A stretch of DNA of 64,000 bases from an uncultured delta proteobacterium (GCA_963769935.1 CAVYNY010000011.1:64001-128000); one strand, 5' to 3'. Shown: positions 1 through 9,646, counted from the first letter of the stretch. The notes: generated by a model not told the origin, from the letters alone. Made by a program: numbers and translations.

Positions 1-405
1 ATTCGAATCGCCCCGCAGGACCTGCCGCAGGGGGAGTTCCTCATGATTCCCGGCACGGCCTATGCGCGCCTGGTTCACCATCCTTTGGAACCGCAAAAGG
101 CCGTCGCTGAGCTGGAGCCGGATAAGGAAAAAAGTCTTGAAGGCAACCCGCTGGTACGTTACGAATTAAACTTGCCCGGCGAACAGCGGACCCTGCGAAT
201 TTTTTTCGAAAAGGATTTCCCCTATCGCATTCAGAAATGGGAGGAATCCTACCCCGGTCTGGCTGGCGCGGCCGGCAAAGATCTAACGACCCGTGCCGTG
301 CGGACCCATACCATTATGGATGCCTACTGGCAGCATCATCGCAACAAGGATCGTGAGTTGTTGAAAAAGCTCGGGTTGAGTGCGCGGGAGATGGGAAGCG
401 ATTGA
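1..405 (+). CDS. Hypothetical protein, 3' part (runs in from the left edge)
   Basis: Frame 1 is open from base 1 (IRIAPQDLPQGEFLMIPG...) to TGA at 405; no family confidently recognised. Confidence 0.7.
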   Translation: MRIAPQDLPQGEFLMIPGTAYARLVHHPLEPQKAVAELEPDKEKSLEGNPLVRYELNLPGEQRTLRIFFEKDFPYRIQKWEESYPGLAGAAGKDLTTRAVRTHTIMDAYWQHHRNKDRELLKKLGLSAREMGSD

Positions 406-447
406 ATACGGCTTATGCAACTTAATGATTGCGGCATGAAAAAAGAT

Positions 448-575
448 CAAATTACAAGCACCAAATTCCAAATAAATTTCAAATCCCAATATCCAATGAC
501 CAAAACAGTTTTGGAATTTGGAATTTTGATCATTTGAATTTGTTTGTATTTTGTGATTTGTTATTTGGAATTTCT
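448..575. repeat. AT-rich imperfect inverted-repeat element built of ~7-nt units (arms nearly abutting)
   Basis: Left arm AAATTACAAGCACCAAATTCCAAATAAATTTCAAATCCCAATATCCAATGACCAAAAC, followed by GTTTTGGAATTTGGAATTTTGATCATTTGAATTTG...; homologous to 2428-2698 in opposite orientation. Confidence 0.75.
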
Positions 576-646
576 TATAACACCACTAGCCGCATCTATG
601 CAATTTAATGACGACTAATCCCACGAAGATTATGGAATAACCTGGT

Positions 647-2377
647 ATGCCTATTTACAATGCCGACATTGCCGATATTTTCGACGAAATTGCCGACTAT
701 CTGGAGATTGACGAGGATGGCAATCCTTTTCGAATCCGCGCCTACCGCAACGCGGCCCGCAGCGTCCGCGGCCTGGGGGCGGAGCTCAAAGACCTGGTGG
801 CTGAAAAAGAGGACCTTACGAAACTTCCCGGTATCGGCAAAGAATTGGCCGCCAAAATCGTCGAAATCCTGCAAACCGGATCTACCCATGCGTTGAAAAA
901 TCTTCAGGACAAAATCCCCGCCGAAGTCATCCAGATGTTAAAGATTCCCAACCTGGGGCCCAAACGGGTGCGGGTTTTGTACCATGATCTCAAGATTCAA
1001 AGTTTGAAGCTGCTGCTGCAGGCTGCCCAGCAAGGCCGGATAAGGTCTTTGCCGGGTTTCGGCCGAAAAACGGAAACCCGGATCCTGGAGGCCGTCCAGG
1101 CCTTCTCGGCGCAGGAAACGCGTTTTAAGATTGCGGCGGTTCGGCCAGATGTCGATGCCCTGCTCGAATATCTGGAAAAAGTGCCCGGGGTAGAACAGGC
1201 TGTGGCGGCCGGCAGTTTCCGGCGGTCCAAGGATACCGTGGGGGATCTTGATATTCTGGTCGCCGCCGGCAGCAACAGCCCCGTAATGGACCGCTTTGTC
1301 GAGTATGAAGATGTTAAAGATGTTTTATCCAAAGGAACCACGCGTTCCAGCGTCGTTTGGCGTTCAGGATTACAGATCGATCTCAGACTGGTTGAAGCGC
1401 AGAGCTTTGGTGCCGCGCTGCAGTATTTTACCGGGAGCCAGGCTCACAACATCGCTATCCGCGGCCTGGGGCACCGGCACGGACTGAAAATCAACGAATA
1501 CGGTGTCTTCAAGCTTGATGAGCGGATTGCCGGCGATACCGAGCAATCCGTGTACGAATCTATCGGTCTACCCTATATTCCACCGGAGCTGCGTGAGAAC
1601 CGGGGAGAGATCGAAGCGGCCCGCGACAACCGCCTGCCGCGCTTAATCGAGCTGAAGGATTTAAAAGGCGATCTGCACTCCCACACCAACTGGTCGGACG
1701 GCCGCAACACGCTGGCAGAAATGGTAAAGGCAGCCCAGCACAAAGGCTTGAAATATCTGGCCGTCACGGAACACTCGGATCGACTGAAGGTGGCCGGCGG
1801 GCTGGGTGATTCCCGCTTGCTGGCGCAAATGGAAAAAATCGATAAATTAAACGAGGATCTTCGTGAGATTACGCTGCTCAAAGGCATCGAAGTGGAGATA
1901 TTGGAAGACGGCAGCCTGGATTTGTCCGATGACATCCTGGGCCGGCTGGATCTGGTCGTGGGTTCGATTCACAGCTATTTTAATCTGCCGCGGCAGAAGC
2001 AAACCGAACGCATTCTGCGGGCCATGGATCACAGGTACTTTTCGATCCTGGCGCATCCGATCAACCGGCTGATCGATGAGCGCGCACCCATCGAAGTTGA
2101 GATGACCAAGGTGATTCAAAAGGCAAAAGCGCGCGGCTGTTATCTCGAGCTGAACTCGAATCCCCGGCGTCTGGACCTTTATGACACTTACTGTCAGGCT
2201 GCCAAGGCAGAAGGTGTGCCGGTGGCCATCAACTCGGATGCCCACAGTGGGGACAGTTTCGATCATTTGCGCTATGGGGTGGGCCAGGCACGCCGCGGCT
2301 GGCTGGAAAAGGATGATGTGGTCAATACGAGGCCGCTGGGGGAATTGCGCAAGCTGCTTAAACGGACGATGGGGTGA
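647..2377 (+). CDS. polX: DNA polymerase X with C-terminal PHP domain
   Basis: NPFRIRAY and HhH (LPGIGK) motifs, GSFRR, catalytic GDLDIL and QIDLR, YFTGS; PHP metal ligands DLHSHT, TEHS, AHP, NSDAH. Confidence 0.95.
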   Translation: MPIYNADIADIFDEIADYLEIDEDGNPFRIRAYRNAARSVRGLGAELKDLVAEKEDLTKLPGIGKELAAKIVEILQTGSTHALKNLQDKIPAEVIQMLKIPNLGPKRVRVLYHDLKIQSLKLLLQAAQQGRIRSLPGFGRKTETRILEAVQAFSAQETRFKIAAVRPDVDALLEYLEKVPGVEQAVAAGSFRRSKDTVGDLDILVAAGSNSPVMDRFVEYEDVKDVLSKGTTRSSVVWRSGLQIDLRLVEAQSFGAALQYFTGSQAHNIAIRGLGHRHGLKINEYGVFKLDERIAGDTEQSVYESIGLPYIPPELRENRGEIEAARDNRLPRLIELKDLKGDLHSHTNWSDGRNTLAEMVKAAQHKGLKYLAVTEHSDRLKVAGGLGDSRLLAQMEKIDKLNEDLREITLLKGIEVEILEDGSLDLSDDILGRLDLVVGSIHSYFNLPRQKQTERILRAMDHRYFSILAHPINRLIDERAPIEVEMTKVIQKAKARGCYLELNSNPRRLDLYDTYCQAAKAEGVPVAINSDAHSGDSFDHLRYGVGQARRGWLEKDDVVNTRPLGELRKLLKRTMG

Positions 2378-2427
2378 CGGGGCGCGGGGTGCGAGTAGCG
2401 AGGTGCGGGATATGACAGGTAAGGATT

Positions 2428-2698
2428 AAATTCCAAATATCAAAATACCAATAAATCCCAATTTCCAAATAACAAATCCCAAACAAATTCCAATAACCAA
2501 AATTCAAAATTACAAACCGGATGCACCTGTTTTGATGACCGCTTCAGATAAAAATGCAATTATTTTTCACGAATGCACGAAAATTCTAAACTGAGAACAA
2601 ATCATTCAAATGGAATTACTTGGTTTGGCCGGTTTTGGACATTGATTATTGTAATTTGGGATTTATTTGTGATTTGGTGCTTGGAATTTGGAATTTAT
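2428..2698. repeat. Second copy of the 7-nt-periodic inverted-repeat element, with ~115-bp spacer
   Basis: Reverse complement of 2632-2698 closely matches 449-507; 2460-2517 resembles the reverse complement of 509-572. Confidence 0.75.
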
Positions 2699-2781
2699 AT
2701 CCTGCCGGTAATGCTCTGTTATTGGTTGTCTGCCCACTGAGACCTGACATGACACCCGTTTTCATATAAGGAATAAACCGA

Positions 2782-3582
2782 ATGATCAAAATCGGTCCTG
2801 GCGGTTCGGATGGTTTGGGAAATCTGAAAGGTGTGCAGAAAGTTGCCGCAATGGGCCTGGACTGCATGGAGGTCGAATTCACCTACGGGGTGCGCATGGA
2901 TCTGAAAACCGCTGAAGCGGTTGGCGTTCTGGCCAAAGAAAAAGGGATTATCTTATCCGTGCACGCACCCTATTATATCAACCTCGCTTCGGATGAAAAA
3001 GACAAGTTTGCCGCCAGCCGCAAACGGATTCTGGATTCGTGTGAGAAAGCGCACACCATGGGCGCCCAAAATGTGAGCTTCCATGCCGGATTCTATCAAA
3101 ATCGACCTGTCGAGCAGACCTATCATTTGATTAAAAACGCGATGGTCGGGTTGCAGAAAGAAGTTGCGGACAATGGCTGGAAGGTCAAGTTGTGTCCCGA
3201 AATAACCGGCAAACAATCCCAATTCGGTTCTTTGCAGGAGCTCGTGCGCTTAAAAAAGGAAATCCGCTGCGGGATAACCGTCGACTTCTCCCATTTATAT
3301 GCCCGTCAGCAGGGCGACATCGATTACGCCCGGATTCTCAAAAAACTGCCCAAAAAATTTCATGCACACTTTTCCGGCATCGAGTATGGAGATAAGGGCG
3401 AACAAAAGCACGTTCGGACCGCCAAAAAATTTTTTGAGCCGCTGGCCAGAGAATTAATCAGGCGCAAGGTGGATATTACCATCATCAACGAATCTCCCAA
3501 GCCTTACGAAGATGCCCTGATGATGAAAAAATTGATAGTGAAACTTCAGAATGATAGTGATTTTATGAATTTTCATATGTAA
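2782..3582 (+). CDS. nfo: Endonuclease IV-like AP endonuclease (TIM barrel), archaeal-type
   Basis: HAPYYINLAS, FHAG, EITGKQSQFGSL, DFSH, HAHFSGIEYG, ESP motifs. Confidence 0.85.
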   Translation: MIKIGPGGSDGLGNLKGVQKVAAMGLDCMEVEFTYGVRMDLKTAEAVGVLAKEKGIILSVHAPYYINLASDEKDKFAASRKRILDSCEKAHTMGAQNVSFHAGFYQNRPVEQTYHLIKNAMVGLQKEVADNGWKVKLCPEITGKQSQFGSLQELVRLKKEIRCGITVDFSHLYARQQGDIDYARILKKLPKKFHAHFSGIEYGDKGEQKHVRTAKKFFEPLARELIRRKVDITIINESPKPYEDALMMKKLIVKLQNDSDFMNFHM

Positions 3583-3694
3583 GAACAACAGCCCGGCATC
3601 GAACCACTAAGGCGACATTTTGCAGTCCAAAAACTTCGGATCGGAAACCGCTCCGAATGAAGACAAGATCACTTTGTTTCGTTCTGTCAGAGGT

Positions 3695-3730
3695 TTTGAA
3701 CCTTGAACCTTGAACCCCGAACCGCTCAAC
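3695..3730. repeat. Short heptamer tandem repeat (TGAACCT-like)
   Basis: TTGAACCTTGAACCTTGAACCCCCGAACC. Confidence 0.6.
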
Positions 3731-3747
3731 TTGGGTTTATCTAAATC

Positions 3748-4653
3748 ATGCTTAATTTTGTTCTCTATGCGACTACCACCCTGATCTGGGGTTCGACCTG
3801 GCTTGGCATCAAAATGCAGTTAACGCAGGTGCCGCCGATTTTATCCGTAGGCTACCGCTTCTGCCTGGCATCGAGCATACTTCTCATTTATTGCCTAATT
3901 ACGAAAAAAAATCTTATGTTCTCCCGGCGCGACCATTTTTTTATGGCTCTCCAGGGTTTCACGCTCTTCGGCCTGGGTTACATCATGAGTTATCTGGCCA
4001 CCTCGTATTTGACCAGCGGATTGGTGGCCGTCGTATTTTCAACTATTTTAATGTGGAACATTCTGAATTTGAGATTATTTATGGGACAGCCTGTTGCCTG
4101 GCGGGCGTTCGCGGGTGGCATCCTGGGCCTGACCGGAATTTGTATCGTGTTCTGGCACGACCTGGCGGCCTTCACCGCGACCCGCGGGATTATCGGTCTG
4201 ATAATGGCACTGGTCGGCGCCTATCTCGCTTCGATCGGCAATGTGGTCGGATCACGCAATGCCAGGAGCGGCGTGCCCGTCACCCAAGCCAACGTTTACG
4301 GCATGGCTTACGGGGCACTTTTATGCCTGGCAATTCATTTTGGGGGCGGCGGCGCACTTGTTATGGATTGGACGCTCGGTTATCTCGGCCCCATTTTGTA
4401 TCTGACCGTTTTCGGGTCGGTGGTAGCATTCGGCTGTTACATGCTGTTGATCGGCCGAATCGGTGCCGATTTCGCCGCCTATGTTATGCTTTTGATCCCC
4501 GTCGTGGCGTTGACACTTTCGACCTTTTTTGAAAAATATCAATGGTCCGCCAGTGCGGTATTCGGCGTCATCGTCGTTTTGTTCGGCAACCTGATTATCC
4601 TAACTCCGACTGGAATTTTGGAGAAAGCCTTCCGTAAAGCAGCAACCGGCTAA
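3748..4653 (+). CDS. EamA/DMT family transporter
   Basis: About 10 hydrophobic helices; IWGSTW, YRF, GSVVAFGCY, PVVAL motifs. Confidence 0.9.
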   Translation: MLNFVLYATTTLIWGSTWLGIKMQLTQVPPILSVGYRFCLASSILLIYCLITKKNLMFSRRDHFFMALQGFTLFGLGYIMSYLATSYLTSGLVAVVFSTILMWNILNLRLFMGQPVAWRAFAGGILGLTGICIVFWHDLAAFTATRGIIGLIMALVGAYLASIGNVVGSRNARSGVPVTQANVYGMAYGALLCLAIHFGGGGALVMDWTLGYLGPILYLTVFGSVVAFGCYMLLIGRIGADFAAYVMLLIPVVALTLSTFFEKYQWSASAVFGVIVVLFGNLIILTPTGILEKAFRKAATG

Positions 4654-4664
4654 ATACGCTGTAT

Positions 4665-5171
4665 TTAATCCTGCCCTTCGGCGGAGGTTTTTTTCTCGGC
4701 GCCTTTGCCGGCTCTCGCATCCGTCAATTTCTGTTTAAGCGCTTCATACTGCGCTTCGTCATAGGCGCCGAGCTCTTTGGAGTGCATGCGCCAGGTTTGA
4801 AGACAGACATTGGCGTTATAATAGTCTTCATCCAGAATAAATTCTTCAAAGCATTTCAGGGATTCATTAATGGATTTTTCATATAACTGCTTTTTGAATT
4901 CATTGAATTGTTCCTGATCAAAGGTGCCGGCATCAATCGCTGCGCTGCGCCAGACGTTCAGGGCAACGCGGCTGGCGTAATATCCCTCGGTTTCCAGCGT
5001 TCTTTTGAGCCGCCAGAACGAGTTGGCGGCTTCCCGCTTCAACATACTTTGTTTAGCCTTTTCATCCGGACTTTGCTCGGATTTGTCCTGTGCCATGGAT
5101 AGGGATACCAGCAGCACAACTGATATGAATGCGGCGGTCATGATGAATATTCTGCGAAGAGAAACTGTCAT
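4665..5171 (-). CDS. Secreted hypothetical protein with an internal two-fold repeat
   Basis: Signal-peptide-like N-terminus (..LLVSLSMA|QD); repeated YY..xW......G.(F/Y)D..Q(F/Y)...K..L unit. Confidence 0.75.
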   Translation of the reverse strand: MTVSLRRIFIMTAAFISVVLLVSLSMAQDKSEQSPDEKAKQSMLKREAANSFWRLKRTLETEGYYASRVALNVWRSAAIDAGTFDQEQFNEFKKQLYEKSINESLKCFEEFILDEDYYNANVCLQTWRMHSKELGAYDEAQYEALKQKLTDARAGKGAEKKTSAEGQD

Positions 5172-5302
5172 TTTTTTAGTTAAAAATCCTGATCCGTAAA
5201 TTATGACGCTGTGTATAGCTTATAACAAATTCAGTAATAGGTCAAAAACAAGAAAACTTAGATGGGTTTGCATGGGGCTGCGCGCTGCGGTCCCACAGGC
5301 AG

Positions 5303-5400
5303 GGTTCAGGGGTTTGGGGCTTCCGACTTCGCTCTTCGAGCTTCAGGCTTCGTTAAAACTTCGACCCGACAAGACGACGGGACAAGACGACCCCACAGGC
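5303..5400. mobile_element. Nested 31-bp and 34-bp mini-insertions inside a short repeat
   Basis: GGTTCAGGGGTTTGGGGCT[65 bp]ACGACCCCACAGGC here versus uninterrupted GGTTCAGGGGTTTGGGGCTGCGACCCCACACGC at 31055-31087. Confidence 0.7.
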
Positions 5401-5499
5401 AGGATTCAAAGGTTGGGGTTATGAAATACCGGGTTGCCAACTGGTAAATAGAAGGAATGGCGGCCAATCTTGTTCGGCAAACTTTAGACCTATTGGTGG

Positions 5500-5895
5500 T
5501 CAGATGTTTGCCGGCTGCAATTTTTCTACAAAAGGTCTATCGGCCGGCGCAAATTCATATTCCCGCAGCTGATTCAATGCAACCCACCTTACGGCAGCAT
5601 GCGCATTCAGGGAAAAATTTCCTCCTGTCCAGACTGTGTGATAAGCCAGCAGCTGAATTATTCCCGACTCGTAGGGATAGGTGCTTTCGCCGAAAAATTC
5701 CCCTACCAAGACGTCTATGCCGAATTCTTCCTTCATTTCCCGTGCCAGACATTCCTGCGGAGTTTCACTTTCCTCGATTTTGCCGCCGGGAAACTCCCAT
5801 TTGCCGGCCAGTTTGTCATTGTCCCTGCGCCGGGCGATCAGAACTCGGTCCTTTTGCATCAATATAGCAGCAGTTACCCGTACCATCATATTCAT
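5500..5895 (-). CDS. MutT/NudG-like Nudix pyrophosphohydrolase
   Basis: Nudix box WEFPGGKIEESETPQECLAREMKEEFG, APAD; start overlaps the etfA stop (ATGA). Confidence 0.9.
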   Translation of the reverse strand: MNMMVRVTAAILMQKDRVLIARRRDNDKLAGKWEFPGGKIEESETPQECLAREMKEEFGIDVLVGEFFGESTYPYESGIIQLLAYHTVWTGGNFSLNAHAAVRWVALNQLREYEFAPADRPFVEKLQPANI

Positions 5896-7091
5896 TGTAC
5901 TTTTATGCGTTCTATTTCCGCGATCAGTTTCGGCAAAATAACTTGTGCATCGCCCACGATTCCCAGATCGGCGATTTTAAATATCGGGGCATCGGGGTCT
6001 TTGTTTATGGCAATGATTTTCTTCGATGAACTCATGCCGACTATGTGTTGAACGGCGCCGCTGATGCCGATGGCGATGTAGAGATCCGGTCCGACCGTGG
6101 TTCCGGATTGCCCGACTTGCAGGCTGTGGGGAATCCAGCCCAGCTCCACAATGGCACGTGAGCCGGCCAGAGCGCCTCCCAGTTTGCGGGCCAGCTTACG
6201 AACCGTGTCCAGGTTGACTTTATCCTGGCACCCGCGGCCCGCGGAAACAAGTATTTTCGCTTCGTCTATTTTTTCTTCTTCGGACTCCAGGCGGATTTCC
6301 TCTATCAGACGGGTGCGAATACTCGCCTTGTTCAGTGTTACCGGCACTTCTTCAATAATAACCGGCCGGCTTGGATCTGATTCGGCGGCCGCAAATACAT
6401 TGGGCCGCACGGTGGCGGTTTGGGGCCGCGTATAAGGTGAAATAATGGTGGCCATTATGTTGCCGCCAAAAGCCGGCCGGGTTTGGATCAGCTGACCCTG
6501 TTCATCAATTGCCAGTTCGGTGCAATCCGCTGTTAACCCCAGATGCATTCTTGCCGCAACCCGTGGGGCCAGATCGCGGCCGTTGGGTGTGGCGCCGTAG
6601 AGAAAGATAGATGGTTTTTCTTTGGCAATAATTGCGGCCAGGGTATTGGTGTAGCCGTCGCTGGTGTAGCGGCCCAGAAGCTCATGCCGGCAGCATAGCA
6701 CACGGTCGGCACCCTGATGACAGAGGCTTTCCATTCCGGCCAGGCGGTCGTTGCCGAGGACCACCGCACAGAGTTGTTCTCCAAGTTGATCGGCCATCCT
6801 GCGGCCCTGAGTCAGGATCTCATAGGCCACTTTCCTGGGAGTGTCCTGCGCACCCCGGGACTCATACTCGGCCCAGATAAAAACACCTTTGTACCGGGAA
6901 AGCTCTGCGGGGGATGCCTTGCGACGCTCAATCTCCAAGGCCGCCTGAGGGCACACATTGACGCAGGCACCGCACAGGGTGCATAGATCGTTGGTCTGAG
7001 CCACCCCATCTAAAACGGTAATGGCGCCGAACGGGCAGGACTTCACACATAAACCGCAGGCATTGCATTTTTCCCTGTCAATTTTCAGCAT
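5892..7091 (-). CDS. etfA: Electron transfer flavoprotein alpha subunit with N-terminal 2x[4Fe-4S] ferredoxin domain
   Basis: CxxCxxCxxxCP twice; GLTADC, TRPAFGGN, QVGQSG, GISGAVQH. Confidence 0.95.
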   Translation of the reverse strand: MLKIDREKCNACGLCVKSCPFGAITVLDGVAQTNDLCTLCGACVNVCPQAALEIERRKASPAELSRYKGVFIWAEYESRGAQDTPRKVAYEILTQGRRMADQLGEQLCAVVLGNDRLAGMESLCHQGADRVLCCRHELLGRYTSDGYTNTLAAIIAKEKPSIFLYGATPNGRDLAPRVAARMHLGLTADCTELAIDEQGQLIQTRPAFGGNIMATIISPYTRPQTATVRPNVFAAAESDPSRPVIIEEVPVTLNKASIRTRLIEEIRLESEEEKIDEAKILVSAGRGCQDKVNLDTVRKLARKLGGALAGSRAIVELGWIPHSLQVGQSGTTVGPDLYIAIGISGAVQHIVGMSSSKKIIAINKDPDAPIFKIADLGIVGDAQVILPKLIAEIERIKVQ

Positions 7092-7888
7092 TAAATAAAC
7101 TTTCCCTCCCGCAAAAACGCCGCGATCTTTCGGGCGGCGACCTCCGGATCGATTCCCTCCAGCTTAATGCCGCCCTGTTTTTGCCGGGGGGCAAAGACTT
7201 TAACGACCTGGGTATATGATCCCGTGAGCCCCAGCTCCGCTTCATCAAGATCAAGGTCCGCGGCGGTAATGACGGATACGTCTTTCCGACGTGCCTCGAG
7301 GACATCCTGAAATGAAGGCACCCGTCGAATGGGGTCGCCTTTGGCGGCTGAAACCATCGCCGGCAGTCGTGCTTCAAGCACTTCGTAGCCGCTCTCGGTT
7401 TCCCGTTTCACCCGGATGCGCTTCTTGTTGGGTGTCAATTGCACCTCAACGCCATAGGTAATCTGCGGCAGGCCCAGTATTTCCGCAACCTCCGGTCCGA
7501 CCTGGGCGGTGTCGCCGTCGATGGCCTGCTTGCCCATCATGATCAGGCTAAAATCAGGTACGGCGGCCCTGACGGCGGCGGACAAGGTCAGCGCGGTGGC
7601 CCAGGTATCGGCGCCGGCAAATTTGCGGTCGCTGATCAACACCGCGCGATCGGCGCCCAGCTCGAGGCAGCGCAGAAGTGCGGATTTGGCCTGGGGCGGT
7701 CCCATGGTAATTGCAACAATTTCGATGTCCGGTGATTCAGTTTTCAGGTGCGCCGCGTGGTCCAGCGCATATTCACAAAAGGGATTGAGAATGGACGTAA
7801 TCCCCTCCCGGATCAGCGTGCCGGTTGCGGGATTTACTTTGACATCAGTTATTTCGGGAACCTGCTTTACGCACACCACGATTTTCAT
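7091..7888 (-). CDS. etfB: Electron transfer flavoprotein beta subunit
   Basis: CVKQVP, TMGPP, DRKFAGADTWAT, GKQAIDGDTAQVGP. Confidence 0.95.
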   Translation of the reverse strand: MKIVVCVKQVPEITDVKVNPATGTLIREGITSILNPFCEYALDHAAHLKTESPDIEIVAITMGPPQAKSALLRCLELGADRAVLISDRKFAGADTWATALTLSAAVRAAVPDFSLIMMGKQAIDGDTAQVGPEVAEILGLPQITYGVEVQLTPNKKRIRVKRETESGYEVLEARLPAMVSAAKGDPIRRVPSFQDVLEARRKDVSVITAADLDLDEAELGLTGSYTQVVKVFAPRQKQGGIKLEGIDPEVAARKIAAFLREGKFI

Positions 7889-7950
7889 AACACACCTAAA
7901 GTCAGCGCCTTCGTCCTAAGTCTTCGTTCAGTTCTATAAATTCGAGACAT

Positions 7951-9585
7951 TTAATCTCTAAAGATATTGCCGGGATTAAACAGGCATTCAGGGTCGAAAG
8001 CCAGTTTCACGGCCCGCATTTCCTCTATCTGGTCGGGGCGGTACATCAATTCGAGAAATTTTATTTTCATTTTGCCGATGCCGTGTTCGGCTGATACGGT
8101 ACCGCCGAATTCAATTGCTTTGGCGGCGAACTGCGCATAAAGTTTTAATCCTTTTTCGAGCTCGCTGCCGTTGCGGGGCAGGATATTGATGTGGATGTGA
8201 TTATTGCCGATGTGACCGATGGCGACCCACTGCAAATCGGCCTTATCCAGGGTGCTTTTATAGATCTGCCACATGTCGCGCAGGCGGTTGTCCGGGACGG
8301 CCAAATCCGTCCCAAGTTTGTGAAGTTCCGGATGCTGTTTTTTGCGCTCGGCGATGATGGCGTTGACCGTCTCCGGCAGAAGGTGGCGAAAAGCTTTAAG
8401 GCGCTGGAACTCACGGTTTTCATAGGCGGCCCAGGATTCTGATATGGACGCCCCGCAGTCTTTGATTATCTTCTCAAGGGCGGTGTAATCCAGACTGTCC
8501 GACAATGGCGCAAAACCAAACTCGAAAAAGAGAGCGGCGCCGGCCCAATCAGGGATCACCGGCATATCCACCGATTTGGGGTTCTGCAACTGCATCTGCC
8601 GCATAAGAGCCAAGGCATTGCCGGAATAAAATTCCAGAAAATCCAGCCGGACGCACTTTTCATTCCGCAAGGCATATACGAGATCGATCGCCTGCTCATC
8701 GGATTTGAGAAACTGGACCAGCGAAATTTTTTCTTTCCGCTTCAAAAGGGCTGCGGTCACCTCGGTGATGACGCCAAAGCTGCCTTCCGAGCCGATAAAC
8801 AAATCAATCAGGTCCATGTGAGGCGCCGTAAAAAAACCGGAGGTATTTTTGGTGCGCGGCCAGGGATAGGAAGGCAAACTGATTAGCGAGTCGTGGCCGC
8901 AGGAGTCATAAACCGTGAATTCTCCTCCGGCGGAGGCGAAATACTTGCCGCGTGGAATGCTTAGAATCTCGCCGCTGGCCAGCATCACCCGGAGCCCTCT
9001 CACCCAGTCACGGGTTGGGCCGTAGCGGTAGGTCCTTGCCCCGGATGCATTGGTGGCCGCCGTACCCCCCAGCGAGGCGCTCATCTCCGTCGGGTCCGGC
9101 GGATAGAAATAAACGGCGGGGTCTTCCTTGAAGCCGTGTAAAGCGTTCAATGCCGGCTGATCACCGCAGCGTTCGATATCCGGAAAATTCTTGGCGGTGA
9201 TCTGGGAATTCAGGCTGCGCAGGTTCACCGCGCACTGGGCTCGAACGCGCCACTCGTCAGCCGGCTTATCGTAGTAGACGGCCTGCACCCGATCAAAGTT
9301 TTCCAGGGATACCAGCGCCCCCTTGCGGGGAACACAGCCGCCGACCAGTCCGGTGCGAGCGCCGGCAATGGTGACATTGATCCTGCGGGCCGACATCTGC
9401 TTTAAGACGGCGGCCAGCTCGGCTTCGTCCGCCGGGAAAAAAAGGTAGTCAAAGGGTTCGGGCGACAATTTCGATTCATCCGTCAGATAAATCGGATATT
9501 CCCTGCTGATGTGCTCGAATCCGTCGACACGGCGAATTTTGTTATAGTCAGCCAGAGGTACGAGCTGGGTATAGATTTCATGCAT
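7951..9585 (-). CDS. FAD-linked 2-hydroxyacid dehydrogenase (D-lactate dehydrogenase/GlcD-like)
   Basis: GARTGLVGG, PPDPT..SLGG..ATNASG, IGSEG, GHIGNNHIH, SAEHGIG, NPG. Confidence 0.88.
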   Translation of the reverse strand: MHEIYTQLVPLADYNKIRRVDGFEHISREYPIYLTDESKLSPEPFDYLFFPADEAELAAVLKQMSARRINVTIAGARTGLVGGCVPRKGALVSLENFDRVQAVYYDKPADEWRVRAQCAVNLRSLNSQITAKNFPDIERCGDQPALNALHGFKEDPAVYFYPPDPTEMSASLGGTAATNASGARTYRYGPTRDWVRGLRVMLASGEILSIPRGKYFASAGGEFTVYDSCGHDSLISLPSYPWPRTKNTSGFFTAPHMDLIDLFIGSEGSFGVITEVTAALLKRKEKISLVQFLKSDEQAIDLVYALRNEKCVRLDFLEFYSGNALALMRQMQLQNPKSVDMPVIPDWAGAALFFEFGFAPLSDSLDYTALEKIIKDCGASISESWAAYENREFQRLKAFRHLLPETVNAIIAERKKQHPELHKLGTDLAVPDNRLRDMWQIYKSTLDKADLQWVAIGHIGNNHIHINILPRNGSELEKGLKLYAQFAAKAIEFGGTVSAEHGIGKMKIKFLELMYRPDQIEEMRAVKLAFDPECLFNPGNIFRD

Positions 9586-9599
9586 GTTGAAAAAAAATA

Positions 9600-9642
9600 A
9601 TGCCTAAAATGTCTAAAATGCCTAAAGTGCCTAAAATTAAGG
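9600..9642. repeat. 9-nt tandem repeat (TGCCTAAAA-like x4)
   Basis: ATGCCTAAA ATGTCTAAA ATGCCTAAA GTGCCTAAA. Confidence 0.7.
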
Positions 9643-9646
9643 TATT

